The notes beneath the pieces are model-generated. The model made no database searches. It was not told where the DNA came from and was given only the letters and a program-made list of their open reading frames with translations. 64,000 nt of DNA from Eledone cirrhosa (Eukaryota), in contig OZ024740.1 in NCBI GenBank assembly GCA_964016885.1, forward strand, positions 27,590,001 to 27,654,000. Direction: 5' to 3'. Shown here piece after piece: positions 26,601 through 41,100 of this stretch (positions within the stretch are counted from its first letter, which is position 1; each line of letters begins with the position of its first letter). Position numbers and translations under genes: made by a program.

Positions 26601-29600
26601 CAGTTGGTAACATATTAGTAAGAGCAATACCTTGTGTCTATTGTAATCAATATTACAGTTGGTAACATGTTAGTAAGAGCAATACCTTGTGTCTATTGTA
26701 ATCAATATTACAGTTGGTAACATATTAGTAAGAGCAATACCTTGTTTCTATTGTAATCAATATTACAGTTGTTAACATATTAGTAAGAGTAATACCTTGT
26801 GTCTATTGTAATCAATATTACAGTTGGTAACATATTTGTAAGAGCAATACCTTGTGTCTATTGTAATAATCAATATTACAAGTGGTAACATATTAGTAAG
26901 AGCAATACCTTGTGTCTATTGTAATCAATATTACAGTTGGTAACATATTAGTAAGAGTAATACCGTGTGTCTATTGTAGTCAATATTACAGTTGGTAACA
27001 TATTAGTAAGAGCATTACCTTGTGTCTATTGTAATCAATATTACAGTTGGTAACATATTAGTAAGAGTAATATCTTGTGTCTATTGTAATCAATATTACA
27101 GTTGGTAACATATTAGTAAGAGTAATACCTTGTGTCTATTGTAATCAATATCACAGTTGGTAACATATTAGTAAGAGCAATACCTTGTGTCTATTGTAAT
27201 CAATATTACAGTTGGTAACATATTAGTAAAAGCAATACCTTGTGTCTATTGTAATCAATAACACACTTGGTAACATATTAGTAAGAGCAATACCTTGTGT
27301 CTATTGTAATCAATATCACAGTTGGTAACATATTAGTAAGAGCAATACCTTGTGTCTATTGTAATCAATATTAAGGGTGGTAACATATTAGTAAGAGCAA
27401 TACCTTGTGTCTATTGTAATCAATATTAAGGGTGGTAACATATTAGTAAGAGTAATACCTTGTGTCTATTGTAATCAATATTACAGTTGGTAGCATATTA
27501 GTAAAAGCAATACCTTGTGTCTATTGTAATCAATATCACAGTTGGTAACATATTAGTAAAAGCAATACCTTGTGTCTATTGTAATCAATATCACAGTTGG
27601 TAACATATTAGTAAGAGCAAAACCTTGTGTCTATTGTAATCTATATTACAGGTGGTAGCATATTAGTAAAAGCATTACGTTGTGTCTATTGTAATCAATA
27701 TTACAGTTGGTAACATGTTAGTAAGAGTAATACCTTGTGTCTATTGTAATCAATATTACAGTTGGTAACATATTAGTAAGAGTAATACCTTGTGTCTATT
27801 GTAATCAATATCACAGTTGGTAACATATTAGTAAGAGCAATACCTTGTGTCTATTGTAATCAATATTACAGTTGGTAACATATTAGTAAAAGCAATACCT
27901 TGTGTCTATTGTAATCAATATCACACTTGGTAACATATTAGTAAGAGCAATACCTTGTGTCTATTGTAATCAATATTACAGTTGGTAGCATATTAGTAAA
28001 AGCAATACCTTGTGTCTATTGTAATCAATATCACAGTTGGTAACATATTAGTAAAAGCAATACCTTGTGTCTATTGTAATCAATATCACAGTTGGTAACA
28101 TATTAGTAAGAGCAAAACCTTGTGTCTATTGTAATCTATATTACAGGTGGTAGCATATTAGTAAAAGCATTACGTTGTGTCTATTGTAATCAATATTACA
28201 GTTGGTAACATATTAGTAAGAGCAATACCTCGTGTCTAATGTAATCAATATCACAGTTGGTAACATATTAGTAAGAGCAATACCTCCTTGTGTCTATGAT
28301 AATCAATATTAAGGTTGGTAACATATTAGTAAGAGCAATACCTTGTGTCTATTGTAATCAATATTACAGTTGGTAACATATTAGTAAAAGCAATACCTTG
28401 TGTCTATTGTAATCAATATCACACTTGGTAACATATTAGTAAGAGCAATACCTTGTGTCTATTGTAATCAATATCACAGTTGGTAACATATTAGTAAGAG
28501 CAATACCTTGTGTCTATTGTAATCAATATTAAGGGTGGTAACATATTAGTAAGAGCAATACCTTGTGTCTATTGTAATCAATATTAAGGGTGGTAACATA
28601 TTAGTAAGAGTAATACCTTGTGTCTATTGTAATCAATATTACAGTTGGTAGCATATTAGTAAAAGCAATACCTTGTGTCTATTGTAATCAATATCACAGT
28701 TGGTAACATATTAGTAAAAGCAATACCTTGTGTCTATTGTAATCAATATCACAGTTGGTAACATATTAGTAAGAGCAAAACCTTGTGTCTATTGTAATCT
28801 ATATTACAGGTGGTAGCATATTAGTAAAAGCATTACGTTGTGTCTATTGTAATCAATATTACAGTTGGTAACATGTTAGTAAGAGTAATACCTTGTGTCT
28901 ATTGTAATCAATATTACAGTTGGTAACATATTAGTAAGAGTAATACCTTGTGTCTATTGTAATCAATATCACAGTTGGTAACATATTAGTAAGAGCAATA
29001 CCTTGTGTCTATTGTAATCAATATTACTGTTGGTAACATATTAGTAAAAGCAATACCTTGTGTCTATTGTAACCAATATCACACTTGGTAACATATTAGT
29101 AAGAGCAATACCTTGTGTCTATTGTAATCAATATTACAGTTGGTAGCATATTAGTAAAAGCAATACCTTGTGTCTATTGTAATCAATATCACAGTTGGTA
29201 ACATATTAGTAAAAGCAATACCTTGTGTCTATTGTAATCAATATCACAGTTGGTAACATATTAGTAAGAGCAAAACCTTGTGTCTATTGTAATCTATATT
29301 ACAGGTGGTAGCATATTAGTAAAAGCAATACCTTGTGTCTATTGTAATCAATATTACAGTTGGTAACATATTAGTAAGAGCAATACCTCGTGTCTAATGT
29401 AATCAATATCACAGTTGGTAACATATTAGTAAGAGCAATACCTCCTTGTGTCTATGATAATCAATATTAAGGTTGGTAACATATTAGTAAGAGCAATACC
29501 TTGTGTCTATTGTAATCAATATTACAGTTGGTAACATATTAGTAAGAGCAATACCTTGTGTCTATTGTAATCAATATTACAGTTGGTAACATATTAGTAA

Positions 29601-32600
29601 GAGCAATGCCTTGTGTCTATTGTAATCAATATTAAAGTTGGTAACATATTAGTAAGAGAAATACCTTGTGTCTATTGTAATCAATATTACAGTTGGTAAC
29701 ATATTAATAAGAGCAATACCTTGTGTCTATTGTAATCAATATTACAGTTGGTAACATATTAGTAAGAGCAATACCTTGTGTCTATTGTAATCAATATTAC
29801 AGTTGGTAACATGTTAGTAAGAGCAATACCTTGTGTCTATTGTAATCAATATTACAGTTGGTAACATATTAGTAAGAGCAATACCTTGTTTCTATTGTAA
29901 TCAATATTACAGTTGTTAACATATTAGTAAGAGTAATACCTTGTGTCTATTGTAATCAATATTACAGTTGGTAACATATTTGTAAGAGCAATACCTTGTG
30001 TCTATTGTAATAATCAATATTACAAGTGGTAACATATTAGTAAGAGCAATACCTTGTGTCTATTGTAATCAATATTACAGTTGGTAACATATTAGTAAGA
30101 GTAATACCGTGTGTCTATTGTAGTCAATATTACAGTTGGTAACATATTAGTAAGAGCATTACCTTGTGTCTATTGTAATCAATATTACAGTTGGTAACAT
30201 ATTAGTAAGAGTAATATCTTGTGTCTATTGTAATCAATATTACAGTTGGTAACATATTAGTAAGAGTAATACCTTGTGTCTATTGTAATCAATATCACAG
30301 TTGGTAACATATTAGTAAGAGCAATACCTTGTGTCTATTGTAATCAATATTACAGTTGGTAACATATTAGTAAAAGCAATACCTTGTGTCTATTGTAATC
30401 AATATCACACTTGGTAACATATTAGTAAGAGCAATACCTTGTGTCTATTGTAATCAATATCACAGTTGGTAACATATTAGTAAGAGCAATACCTTGTGTC
30501 TATTGTAATCAATATTAAGGGTGGTAACATATTAGTAAGAGCAATACCTTGTGTCTATTGTAATCAATATTAAGGGTGGTAACATATTAGTAAGAGTAAT
30601 ACCTTGTGTCTATTGTAATCAATATTACAGTTGGTAGCATATTAGTAAAAGCAATACCTTGTGTCTATTGTAATCAATATCACAGTTGGTAACATATTAG
30701 TAAAAGCAATACCTTGTGTCTATTGTAATCAATATCACAGTTGGTAACATATTAGTAAGAGCAAAACCTTGTGTCTATTGTAATCTATATTACAGGTGGT
30801 AGCATATTAGTAAAAGCATTACGTTGTGTCTATTGTAATCAATATTACAGTTGGTAACATGTTAGTAAGAGTAATACCTTGTGTCTATTGTAATCAATAT
30901 TACAGTTGGTAACATATTAGTAAGAGTAATACCTTGTGTCTATTGTAATCAATATCACAGTTGGTAACATATTAGTAAGAGCAATACCTTGTGTCTATTG
31001 TAATCAATATTACAGTTGGTAACATATTAGTAAAAGCAATACCTTGTGTCTATTGTAATCAATATCACACTTGGTAACATATTAGTAAGAGCAATACCTT
31101 GTGTCTATTGTAATCAATATTACAGTTGGTAGCATATTAGTAAAAGCAATACCTTGTGTCTATTGTAATCAATATCACAGTTGGTAACATATTAGTAAAA
31201 GCAATACCTTGTGTCTATTGTAATCAATATCACAGTTGGTAACATATTAGTAAGAGCAAAACCTTGTGTCTATTGTAATCTATATTACAGGTGGTAGCAT
31301 ATTAGTAAAAGCATTACGTTGTGTCTATTGTAATCAATATTACAGTTGGTAACATGTTAGTAAGAGTAATACCTTGTGTCTATTGTAATCAATATTACAG
31401 TTGGTAACATATTAGTAAGAGTAATACCTTGTGTCTATTGTAATCAATATCACAGTTGGTAACATATTAGTAAGAGCAATACCTTGTGTCTATTGTAATC
31501 AATATTACAGTTGGTAACATATTAGTAAAAGCAATACCTTGTGTCTATTGTAATCAATATTACAGTTGGTAACATATTAGTAAGAGTAATACCTTGTGTC
31601 TATTGTAATCAATATCACAGTTGGTAACATATTAGTAAGAGCAATACCTTGTGTCTATTGTAATCAATATTACAGTTGGTAACATATTAGTAAAAGCAAT
31701 ACCTTGTGTCTATTGTAATCAATATCACACTTGGTAGCATATTAGTAAAAGCAATACCTTGTGTCTATTGTAATCAATATTACAGTTGGTAACATATTTG
31801 TAAGAGCAATACCTTGTGTCTATTGTAATAATCAATATTACAAGTGGTAACATATTAGTAAGAGCAATACCTTGTGTCTATTGTAATCAATATTACAGTT
31901 GGTAACATATTAGTAAGAGTAATACCGTGTGTCTATTGTAGTCAATATTACAGTTGGTAGCATATTAGTAAAAGCAATACCTTGTGTCTATTGTAATCAA
32001 TATCACAGTTGGTAACATATTAGTAAAAGCAATACCTTGTGTCTATTGTAATCAATATCACAGTTGGTAACATATTAGTAAGAGCAAAACCTTGTGTCTA
32101 TTGTAATCTATATTACAGGTGGTAGCATATTAGTAAAAGCATTACGTTGTGTCTATTGTAATCAATATTACAGTTGGTAACATGTTAGTAAGAGTAATAC
32201 CTTGTGTCTATTGTAATCAATATTACAGTTGGTAACATATTAGTAAGAGTAATACCTTGTGTCTATTGTAATCAATATCACAGTTGGTAACATATTAGTA
32301 AGAGCAATACCTTGTGTCTATTGTAATCAATATTACAGTTGGTAACATATTAGTAAAAGCAATACCTTGTGTCTATTGTAATCAATATCACACTTGGTAA
32401 CATATTAGTAAGAGCAATACCTTGTGTCTATTGTAATCAATATCACAGTTGGTAACATATTAGTAAGAGCAATACCTTGTGTCTATTGTAATCAATATTA
32501 AGGGTGGTAACATATTAGTAAGAGTAATACCTTGTGTCTATTGTAATCAATATTACAGTTGGTAGCATATTAGTAAAAGCAATACCTTGTGTCTATTGTA

Positions 32601-33900
32601 ATCAATATCACAGTTGGTAACATATTAGTAAGAGCAATACCTTGTGTCTATTGTAATCAATATTACAGGTGGTGGCATATTAGTAAAAGCAATACCTTGT
32701 GTCTATTGTAATCAATATCACAGTTGGTAACATATTAGTAAGAGCAATACCTTGTGTCTATTGTAATCAATATTACAGTTGGTAACATATTAGTAAGAAC
32801 AATACCTCCTTGTGTCTATGGTAATCAATATTAAGGTTGGTAACATATTAGTAAGAGCAAAACCTTGTGTCTATTGTAATCTATATTACAGGTGGTAGCA
32901 TATTAGTAAAAGCATTACGTTGTGTCTATTGTAATCAATATTACAGTTGGTAGCATATTAGTAAGAGCAATACCTTGTGTCTATTGTAATCAATATTACA
33001 GGTGGTGGCATATTAGTAAAAGCAATACCTTGTGTCTATTGTAATCAATATCACAGTTGGTAACATATTAGTAAAAGCAATACCTTGTGTCTATTGTAAT
33101 CAATATCACAGTTGGTAACATATTAGTAAAAGCAATACCTTGTGTCTATTGTAATCAATATCACAGTTGGTAACATATTAGTAAGAGCAAAACCTTGTGT
33201 CTATTGTAATCTATATTACAGGTGGTAGCATATTAGTAAAAGCATTACGTTGTGTCTATTGTAATCAATATTACAGTTGGTAACATGTTAGTAAGAGTAA
33301 TACCTTGTGTCTATTGTAATCAATATTACAGTTGGTAACATATTAGTAAGAGTAATACCTTGTGTCTATTGTAATCAATATCACAGTTGGTAACATATTA
33401 GTAAGAGCAATACCTTGTGTCTATTGTAATCAATATTACAGTTGGTAACATATTAGTAAAAGCAATACCTTGTGTCTATTGTAATCAATATCACACTTGG
33501 TAACATATTAGTAAGAGCAATACCTTGTGTCTATTGTAATCAATATCACAGTTGGTAACATATTAGTAAGAGCAATACCTTGTGTCTATTGTAATCAATA
33601 TTAAGGGTGGTAACATATTAGTAAGAGTAATACCTTGTGTCTATTGTAATCAATATTACAGTTGGTAGCATATTAGTAAAAGCAATACCTTGTGTCTATT
33701 GTAATCAATATCACAGTTGGTAACATATTAGTAAGAGCAATACCTTGTGTCTATTGTAATCAATATTACAGGTGGTGGCATATTAGTAAAAGCAATACCT
33801 TGTGTCTATTGTAATCAATATCACAGTTGGTAACATATTAGTAAGAGCAATACCTTGTGTCTATTGTAATCAATATTACAGTTGGTAACATATTAGTAAG
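23700..33900. repeat. Central sub-domain of shuffled blocks marked by GCATTACGTT, GCAAAACC..TCTATATT, CACACTTGG and TGTAGTC variants
   Basis: ACGTT marker at 24918, 27679, 28174, 28837, 30823, 31318, 32146, 32919 and 33249. TGTAGTC at 24218, 26979, 30123 and 31941. Confidence 0.8.
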
Positions 33901-33949
33901 AACAATACCTTCTTGTGTCTATGGTAATCAATATTAAGGTTGGTAACAT

Positions 33950-36160
33950 ATTAGTAAGAGCAATACCTTGTGTCTATTGTAATCAATATTACAGTTGGTA
34001 ACACATTAGTAAGAGCAATACCTCGTGTCTATTGTAATCAATATCACAGTTGTTAAAATATTAGTAAGATCAATACCTTGTGTCTGTTGTAATCAATATT
34101 ACAGTTGGTAACATATTAGTAAGAGCAATACCTTGTGTCTATTGTAATCAATATTACAGTTGGTAACATATTAGTAAGAGCAATGCCTTGTGTCTATTGT
34201 AATCAGATATTACAGTTGGTAACATATTAGTAAGAGCAATAACTTGTGTCTATTGTAATCAATATTACAGTTGGTAACATATTAGTAAGAGCAATACCTT
34301 GTGTCTATTGTAATCAATATTACAGTTGGTAACATATTAGTAAGAGCAATACCTTGTGTCTATTGTAATCAATATCACAGTTGGTAACATATAAGTAAGA
34401 GCAATACCTTGTGTCTATTGTAATCAATATTACAGGTGGTAGCATATTAGTAAAAGCAATACCTTGTGTCTATTGTAATCAATATCACAGTTGGTAACAT
34501 ATTAGTAAGAGCAATACCTTGTGTCTATTGTAATCAATATTACAGGTGGTAGCATATTAGTAAAAGCAATACCTTGTGTCTATTGTAATCAATATCACAG
34601 TTGCTAACATATTAGTAAGAGCAATACCTTGTGTCTATTGTAATCAATATTACAGGTGGTAGCATATTAGTAAAAGCAATACCTTGTGTCTATTGTAATC
34701 AATATTACAGTTGGTAACATATTAGTAAGAGCAATACCTCGTGTCTAATGTAATCAATATCACAGTTGGTAACATATTAGTAAGAGCAATACCTCCTTGT
34801 GTCTATGATAATCAATATTAAGGTTGGTAACATATTAGTAAGAGCAATACCTTGTGTCTATGGTAATCAATATTACAGTTGGTAACACATTAGTAAGAGC
34901 AATACCTCGTGTCTATTGTAATCAATATTACAGTTGGTAAAATATTAGTAAGAGCAATACCTTGTGTCTATTGTAATCAATATTACAGTTGGTAACATAT
35001 TAGTAAGAGCAATGCCGTGTGTCTATTGTAATCAATATTACAGTTGGTAACATATTAGTAAGAGCAATACCTTGTGTCTATTGTAATCAATATTACAGTT
35101 GGTAACACATTAGTAAGAGCAATACCTCGTGTCTATTGTAATCAATATCACAGTTGGTAAAATATTAGTAAGATCAATACCTTGTGTCTGTTGTAATCAA
35201 TATTACAGTTGGTAACATATTAGTAAGAGCAATACCTTGTGTCTATTGTAATCAATATTACAGTTGGTAACATATTAGTAAGAGCAATGCCTTGTGTCTA
35301 TTGTAATCAGATATTACAGTTGGTAACATATTAGTAAGAGCAATAACTTGTGTCTATTGTAATCAATATTACAGTTGGTAACATATTAGTAAGAGCAATA
35401 CCTTGTGTCTATTGTAATCAATATTACAGTTGGTAACATATTAGTAAGAGCAATACCTTGTGTCTATTGTAATCAATATCACAGTTGGTAACATATAAGT
35501 AAGAGCAATACCTTGTGTCTATTGTAATCAATATTACAGGTGGTAGCATATTAGTAAAAGCAATACCTTGTGTCTATTGTAATCAATATCACAGTTGGTA
35601 ACATATTAGTAAGAGCAATACCTTGTGTCTATTGTAATCAATATTACAGGTGGTAGCATATTAGTAAAAGCAATACCTTGTGTCTATTGTAATCAATATC
35701 ACAGTTGCTAACATATTAGTAAGAGCAATACCTTGTGTCTATTGTAATCAATATTACAGGTGGTAGCATATTAGTAAAAGCAATACCTTGTGTCTATTGT
35801 AATCAATATTACAGTTGGTAACATATTAGTAAGAGCAATACCTCGTGTCTAATGTAATCAATATCACAGTTGGTAACATATTAGTAAGAGCAATACCTCC
35901 TTGTGTCTATGATAATCAATATTAAGGTTGGTAACATATTAGTAAGAGCAATACCTTGTGTCTATGGTAATCAATATTACAGTTGGTAACACATTAGTAA
36001 GAGCAATACCTCGTGTCTATTGTAATCAATATTACAGTTGGTAAAATATTAGTAAGAGCAATACCTTGTGTCTATTGTAATCAATATTACAGTTGGTAAC
36101 ATATTAGTAAGAGCAATGCCTTGTGTCTATTGTAATCAATATTACAGTTGGTAACATATT
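33950..36160. repeat. Second 1104-bp (20-monomer) tandem duplication
   Basis: GTTGCTAAC at 34604 and 35708; AATAACTTG near 34241 and 35345. Confidence 0.87.
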
Positions 36161-38149
36161 AGTAAGAGCAATACCTTGTGTCTATTGTAATCAATATTAC
36201 AGTTGGTAACATATTAGTAAGAGCAATACCTTGTGTCTATTGTAATCAATATTACAGTTGGTAACATATTAGTAAGAGCAATACCTTGTGTCTATTGTAA
36301 TCAATATTACAGTTGGCAACATATTAGTAAGAGCAATAACTTGTGTCTATTGTAATCAATATTACAGTTGTTAACATATTAGTAAGAGTAATACCTTGTG
36401 TCTATTGTAATCAATATTACAGTTGGTAACATATTTGTAAGAGCAATACCTTGTGTCTATTGTAATAATCAATATTACAAGTGGTAACATATTAGTAAGA
36501 GCAATACCTTGTGTCTATTGTAATCAATATTACAGTTGGTAACATATTAGTAAGAGTAATACCGTGTGTCTATTGTAATCAATATTACAGTTGGTAACAT
36601 ATTAGTAAGAGCATTACCTTGTGTCTATTGTAATCAATATTACAGTTGGTAACATATTAGTAAGAGTAATACCTTGTGTCTATTGTAATCAATATTACAG
36701 TTGGTAACATATTAGTAAAAGCAATACCTTGTGTCTATTGTAATCAATATCACACTTGGTAACATATTAGTAAGAGTAATACCTTGTGTCTATTGTAATC
36801 AATATCACAGTTGGTAACATATTAGTAAGAGCAATACCTTGTGTCTATTGTAATCAATATTAAGGGTGGTAACATATTAGTAAGAGTAATACCTTGTGTC
36901 TATTGTAATCAATACTACAGGTGGTAGCATATTAGTAAAAGCAATGCCTTGTGTCTATTGTAATCAATATCACAGTTGGTAACATATTAGTAAGAACAAT
37001 ACCTCGTGTCTATTGTACTCAATATTACAGTTGGTAACATATTAGTAAGAACAATACCTTGTGTCTATTGTAATCAATATTACAGTTGGTAACATATTAG
37101 TAAGAGCAATACCTTGTGTCTATTGTAATCAATATTAGAGTTGGTAACATATTAGTAAGAGCAATACCTTGTGTCTATTGTAATCAATATTACAGTTGGT
37201 AACACATTAGTAAGAGCAATACCTCGTGTCTATTGTAATCAATATTACAGTTGGTAAAATATTAGTAAGATCAATACCTTGTGTCTGGTGTAATCAATAT
37301 TACAGTTGGTAACATATTAGTAAGAGCAATACCTTGTGTCTATTGTAATCAATATTACAGTTGGTAACATATTAGTAAGAGCAATGCCTTGTGTCTATTG
37401 TAATCAGATATTACAGTTGGTAACATATTAGTAAGAGCAATCCCTTGTGTCTATTGTAATCAATATTGCAGTTGGTAACATATTAGTAAGAGCAATACCT
37501 TGTGTCTATTGTAATCAATATTACAGTTGGTAACATATTAGTAAGAGCAATACCTTGTGTCTATTGTAATCAATATTACAGTTGGTAACATATTAGTAAG
37601 AGCAAAATCTTGTGTCTATTGTAATCAATATTACTGGTGGTAGCATATTAGTAAAAGCAATACCTTGTGTCTATTGTAATCAATATCACAGTTGGTAACA
37701 TATTAGTAAGAGCAATACCTTGTGTCTATTGTAATCAATATTACAGGTGGTAGCATATTACTAAAAGCAATACCTTGTGTCTATTGTAATCAATATCACA
37801 GTTGGTAACATATTAGTAAGAGCAATACCTTGTGTCTATTGTAATCAATATTACAGTTGGTAACATATTAGTAAGAGTAATACCGTGTGTCTATTGTAAT
37901 CAATATTACAGTTGGTAACATATTAGTAAGAGCATTACCTTGTGTCTATTGTAATCAATATTACAGTTGGTAACATATTAGTAAGAGTAATACCTTGTGT
38001 CTATTGTAATCAAAATTACAGTTGGTAACATATTAGTAAAAGCAATACCTTGTGTCTATTGTAATCAATATCACACTTGGTAACATATTAGTAAGAGTAA
38101 TACCTTGTGTCTATTGTAATCAATATCACAGTTGGTAACATATTAGTAA

Positions 38150-41100
38150 GAGCAATACCTTGTGTCTATTGTAATCTATATTAAGGGTGGTAACATATTA
38201 GTAAGAGTAATACCTTGTGTCTATTGTAATCAATACTACAGGTGGTAGCATATTAGTAAAAGCAATACCTTGTGTCTATTGTAATCAATATCACAGTTGG
38301 TAACATATTAGTAAGAGCAATACCTTGTGTCTATTGTAATCAATATTACAGGTGGTAGCATATTAGTAAAAGCAATACCTTGTGTCTATTGTAATCAATA
38401 TCACAGTTGGTAACATATTAGTAAGAGCAAAACCTTGTGTCTATTGTAATCTATATTACAGGTGGTAGCATATTAGTAAAAGCAATACCTTGTGTCTATT
38501 GTAATCAATATTACAGTTGGTAACATATTAGTAAGAGCAATACCTTGTGTCTATTGTAATCAATATTACAGTTGGTAACATATTAGTAAGAGCAAAACTT
38601 TGAGTCTATTGTAATCAATATTACAGTTGGTAACATATTAGTAAGAGCAATACCTTGTGTCTATTGTAATCAATATCACAGTTGGTAACATATTAGTAAG
38701 AGCAATACCTTGTGTCTATTGTAATCAATATCACAGTTGGTAACATATTAGTAAGAGCAATACCTTGTGTCTATTGTAATCAATATTACAGTTGGTAACA
38801 TATTAGTAAAAGCAATACCTTGTGTCTAATGTAATCAATATTACAGTTGGTAACATATTAGTAAGAGCAATACCTTGTGTCTATTGTAATCAATATTACA
38901 GTTTGTAACATATTAGTAAGAGCAATACCTTGTGTCTAATGTAATCAATATTACAGTTGGTAACATATTAGTAAGAGCAATAGCTTGTGTCTATTGTAAT
39001 CAATATTACAGTTGGTAACATATTAGTAAGAACAATACCTCGTGTCTATTGTACTCAATATTACAGTTGGTAACATATTAGTAAGAACAATACCTTGTGT
39101 CTATTGTAATCAATATTACAGTTGGTAACATATTAGTAAGAGCAATACCTTGTGTCTATTGTAATCAATATTAGAGTTGGTAACATATTAGTAAGAGCAA
39201 TACCTTGTGTCTATTGTAATCAATATTACAGTTGGTAACATATTAGTAAGAGCAATACCTCGTGTCTAATGTAATCAATATCACAGTTGGTAACATATTA
39301 GTAAGAGCAATACCTCCTTGTGTCTATGGTAATCAATATTAAGGTTGGTAACATATTAGTAAGAGCAATACCTTGTGTCTCTTGTAATCAATATTACAGT
39401 TGGTAACACATTAGTAAGAGCAATACCTCGTGTCTATTGTAATCAATATTACAGTTGGTAAAATATTAGTAAGATCAATACCTTGTGTCTGGTGTAATCA
39501 ATATTACAGTTGGTAACATATTAGTAAGAGCAATACCTTGTGTCTATTGTAATCAATATTACAGTTGGTAACATATTAGTAAGAGCAATGCCTTGTGTCT
39601 ATTGTAATCAGATATTACAGTTGGTAACATATTAGTAAGAGCAATCCCTTGTGTCTATTGTAATCAATATTACAGTTGGTAACATATTAGTAAGAGCAAT
39701 ACCTTGTGTCTATTGTAATCAATATTACAGTTGGTAACATATTAGTAAGAGCAATACCTTGTGTCTATTGTAATCAATATTACAGTTGGTAACATATTAG
39801 TAAGAGCAAAATCTTGTGTCTATTGTAATCAATATTACTGGTGGTAGCATATTAGTAAAAGCAATACCTTGTGTCTATTGTAATCAATATCACAGTTGGT
39901 AACATATTAGTAAGAGCAATACCTTGTGTCTATTGTAATCAATATTACAGGTGGTAACATATTAGTAAGAGCGATACCTTGTGTCTATTGTAATCAATAT
40001 TACAGGTGGTAGCATATTACTAAAAGCAATACCTTGTGTCTATTGTAATCAATATCACAGTTGGTAACATATTAGTAAGAGCAATACCTTGTGTCTATTG
40101 TAATCAATATTACAGGTGGTAGCATATTAGTAAAAGCAATACCTTGTGTCTATTGTAATCAATATTACAGTTGGTAACATATTAGTAAGAGCAATACCTC
40201 GTGTCTAATGTAATCAATATCACAGTTGGTAACATATTAATAAGAGCAATACCTCCTTGTGTCTATGATAATCAATATTAAGGTTGGTAACATATTAGTA
40301 AGAGCAATACCTTGTGTCTATTGTAATCAATATTACAGTTGGTAACATATTAGTAAGAGCAATACCTTGTGTCTATTGTAATCAATATTACAGTTGGTAA
40401 CATATTAGTAAGAGCAATACCTTGTGTCTATTGTAATCAATATTACAGTTGTTAACATATTAGTAAGAGCAATACCTTGTGTCTATTGTAATCAATATTA
40501 CAGTTGGTAACATATTAGTAAGAGCGATACCTTGTGTCTATTGTAATCAATATTACAGGTGGTAGCATATTAGTAAGAGCAATACCTTGCGTCTATTGTA
40601 ATCAATATTACAGTTGGTAACATATTATTAAGAGCAATACCTTGTGTCTATTGTAATCAATATCACAGTTGGTAACATATTAGTAAGAGCAATACCTTGT
40701 GTCTATTGTAATCAATATTACAGTTGGTAACATATTAGTAAAAGCAATACCTCGTGTCTGTTGTAATCAATATTACAGTTGGTAACATATTAGTAAGAAC
40801 AATACCTCGTGTCTATTGTAATCAATATCACAGTTGGTAACATATTAGTAAGAGCAATACCTCGTGTCTATTGTAATCAATATTACAGTTGGTAACATAT
40901 TAGTAAGAGCAATACCTTGTGCCTATTGTAATCAATATTACAGTTGGTAACATATTAGTAAGAGCAATATCTCGTGTCTATTGTAATCAATATTACAGTT
41001 GGTAACATATTAGTAAGAGCAATACCTTGTGCCTATTGTAATCAATATTACAGTTGGTAACATATTAGTAAGAACAATACCTTGTGTATATTGTAATCAA

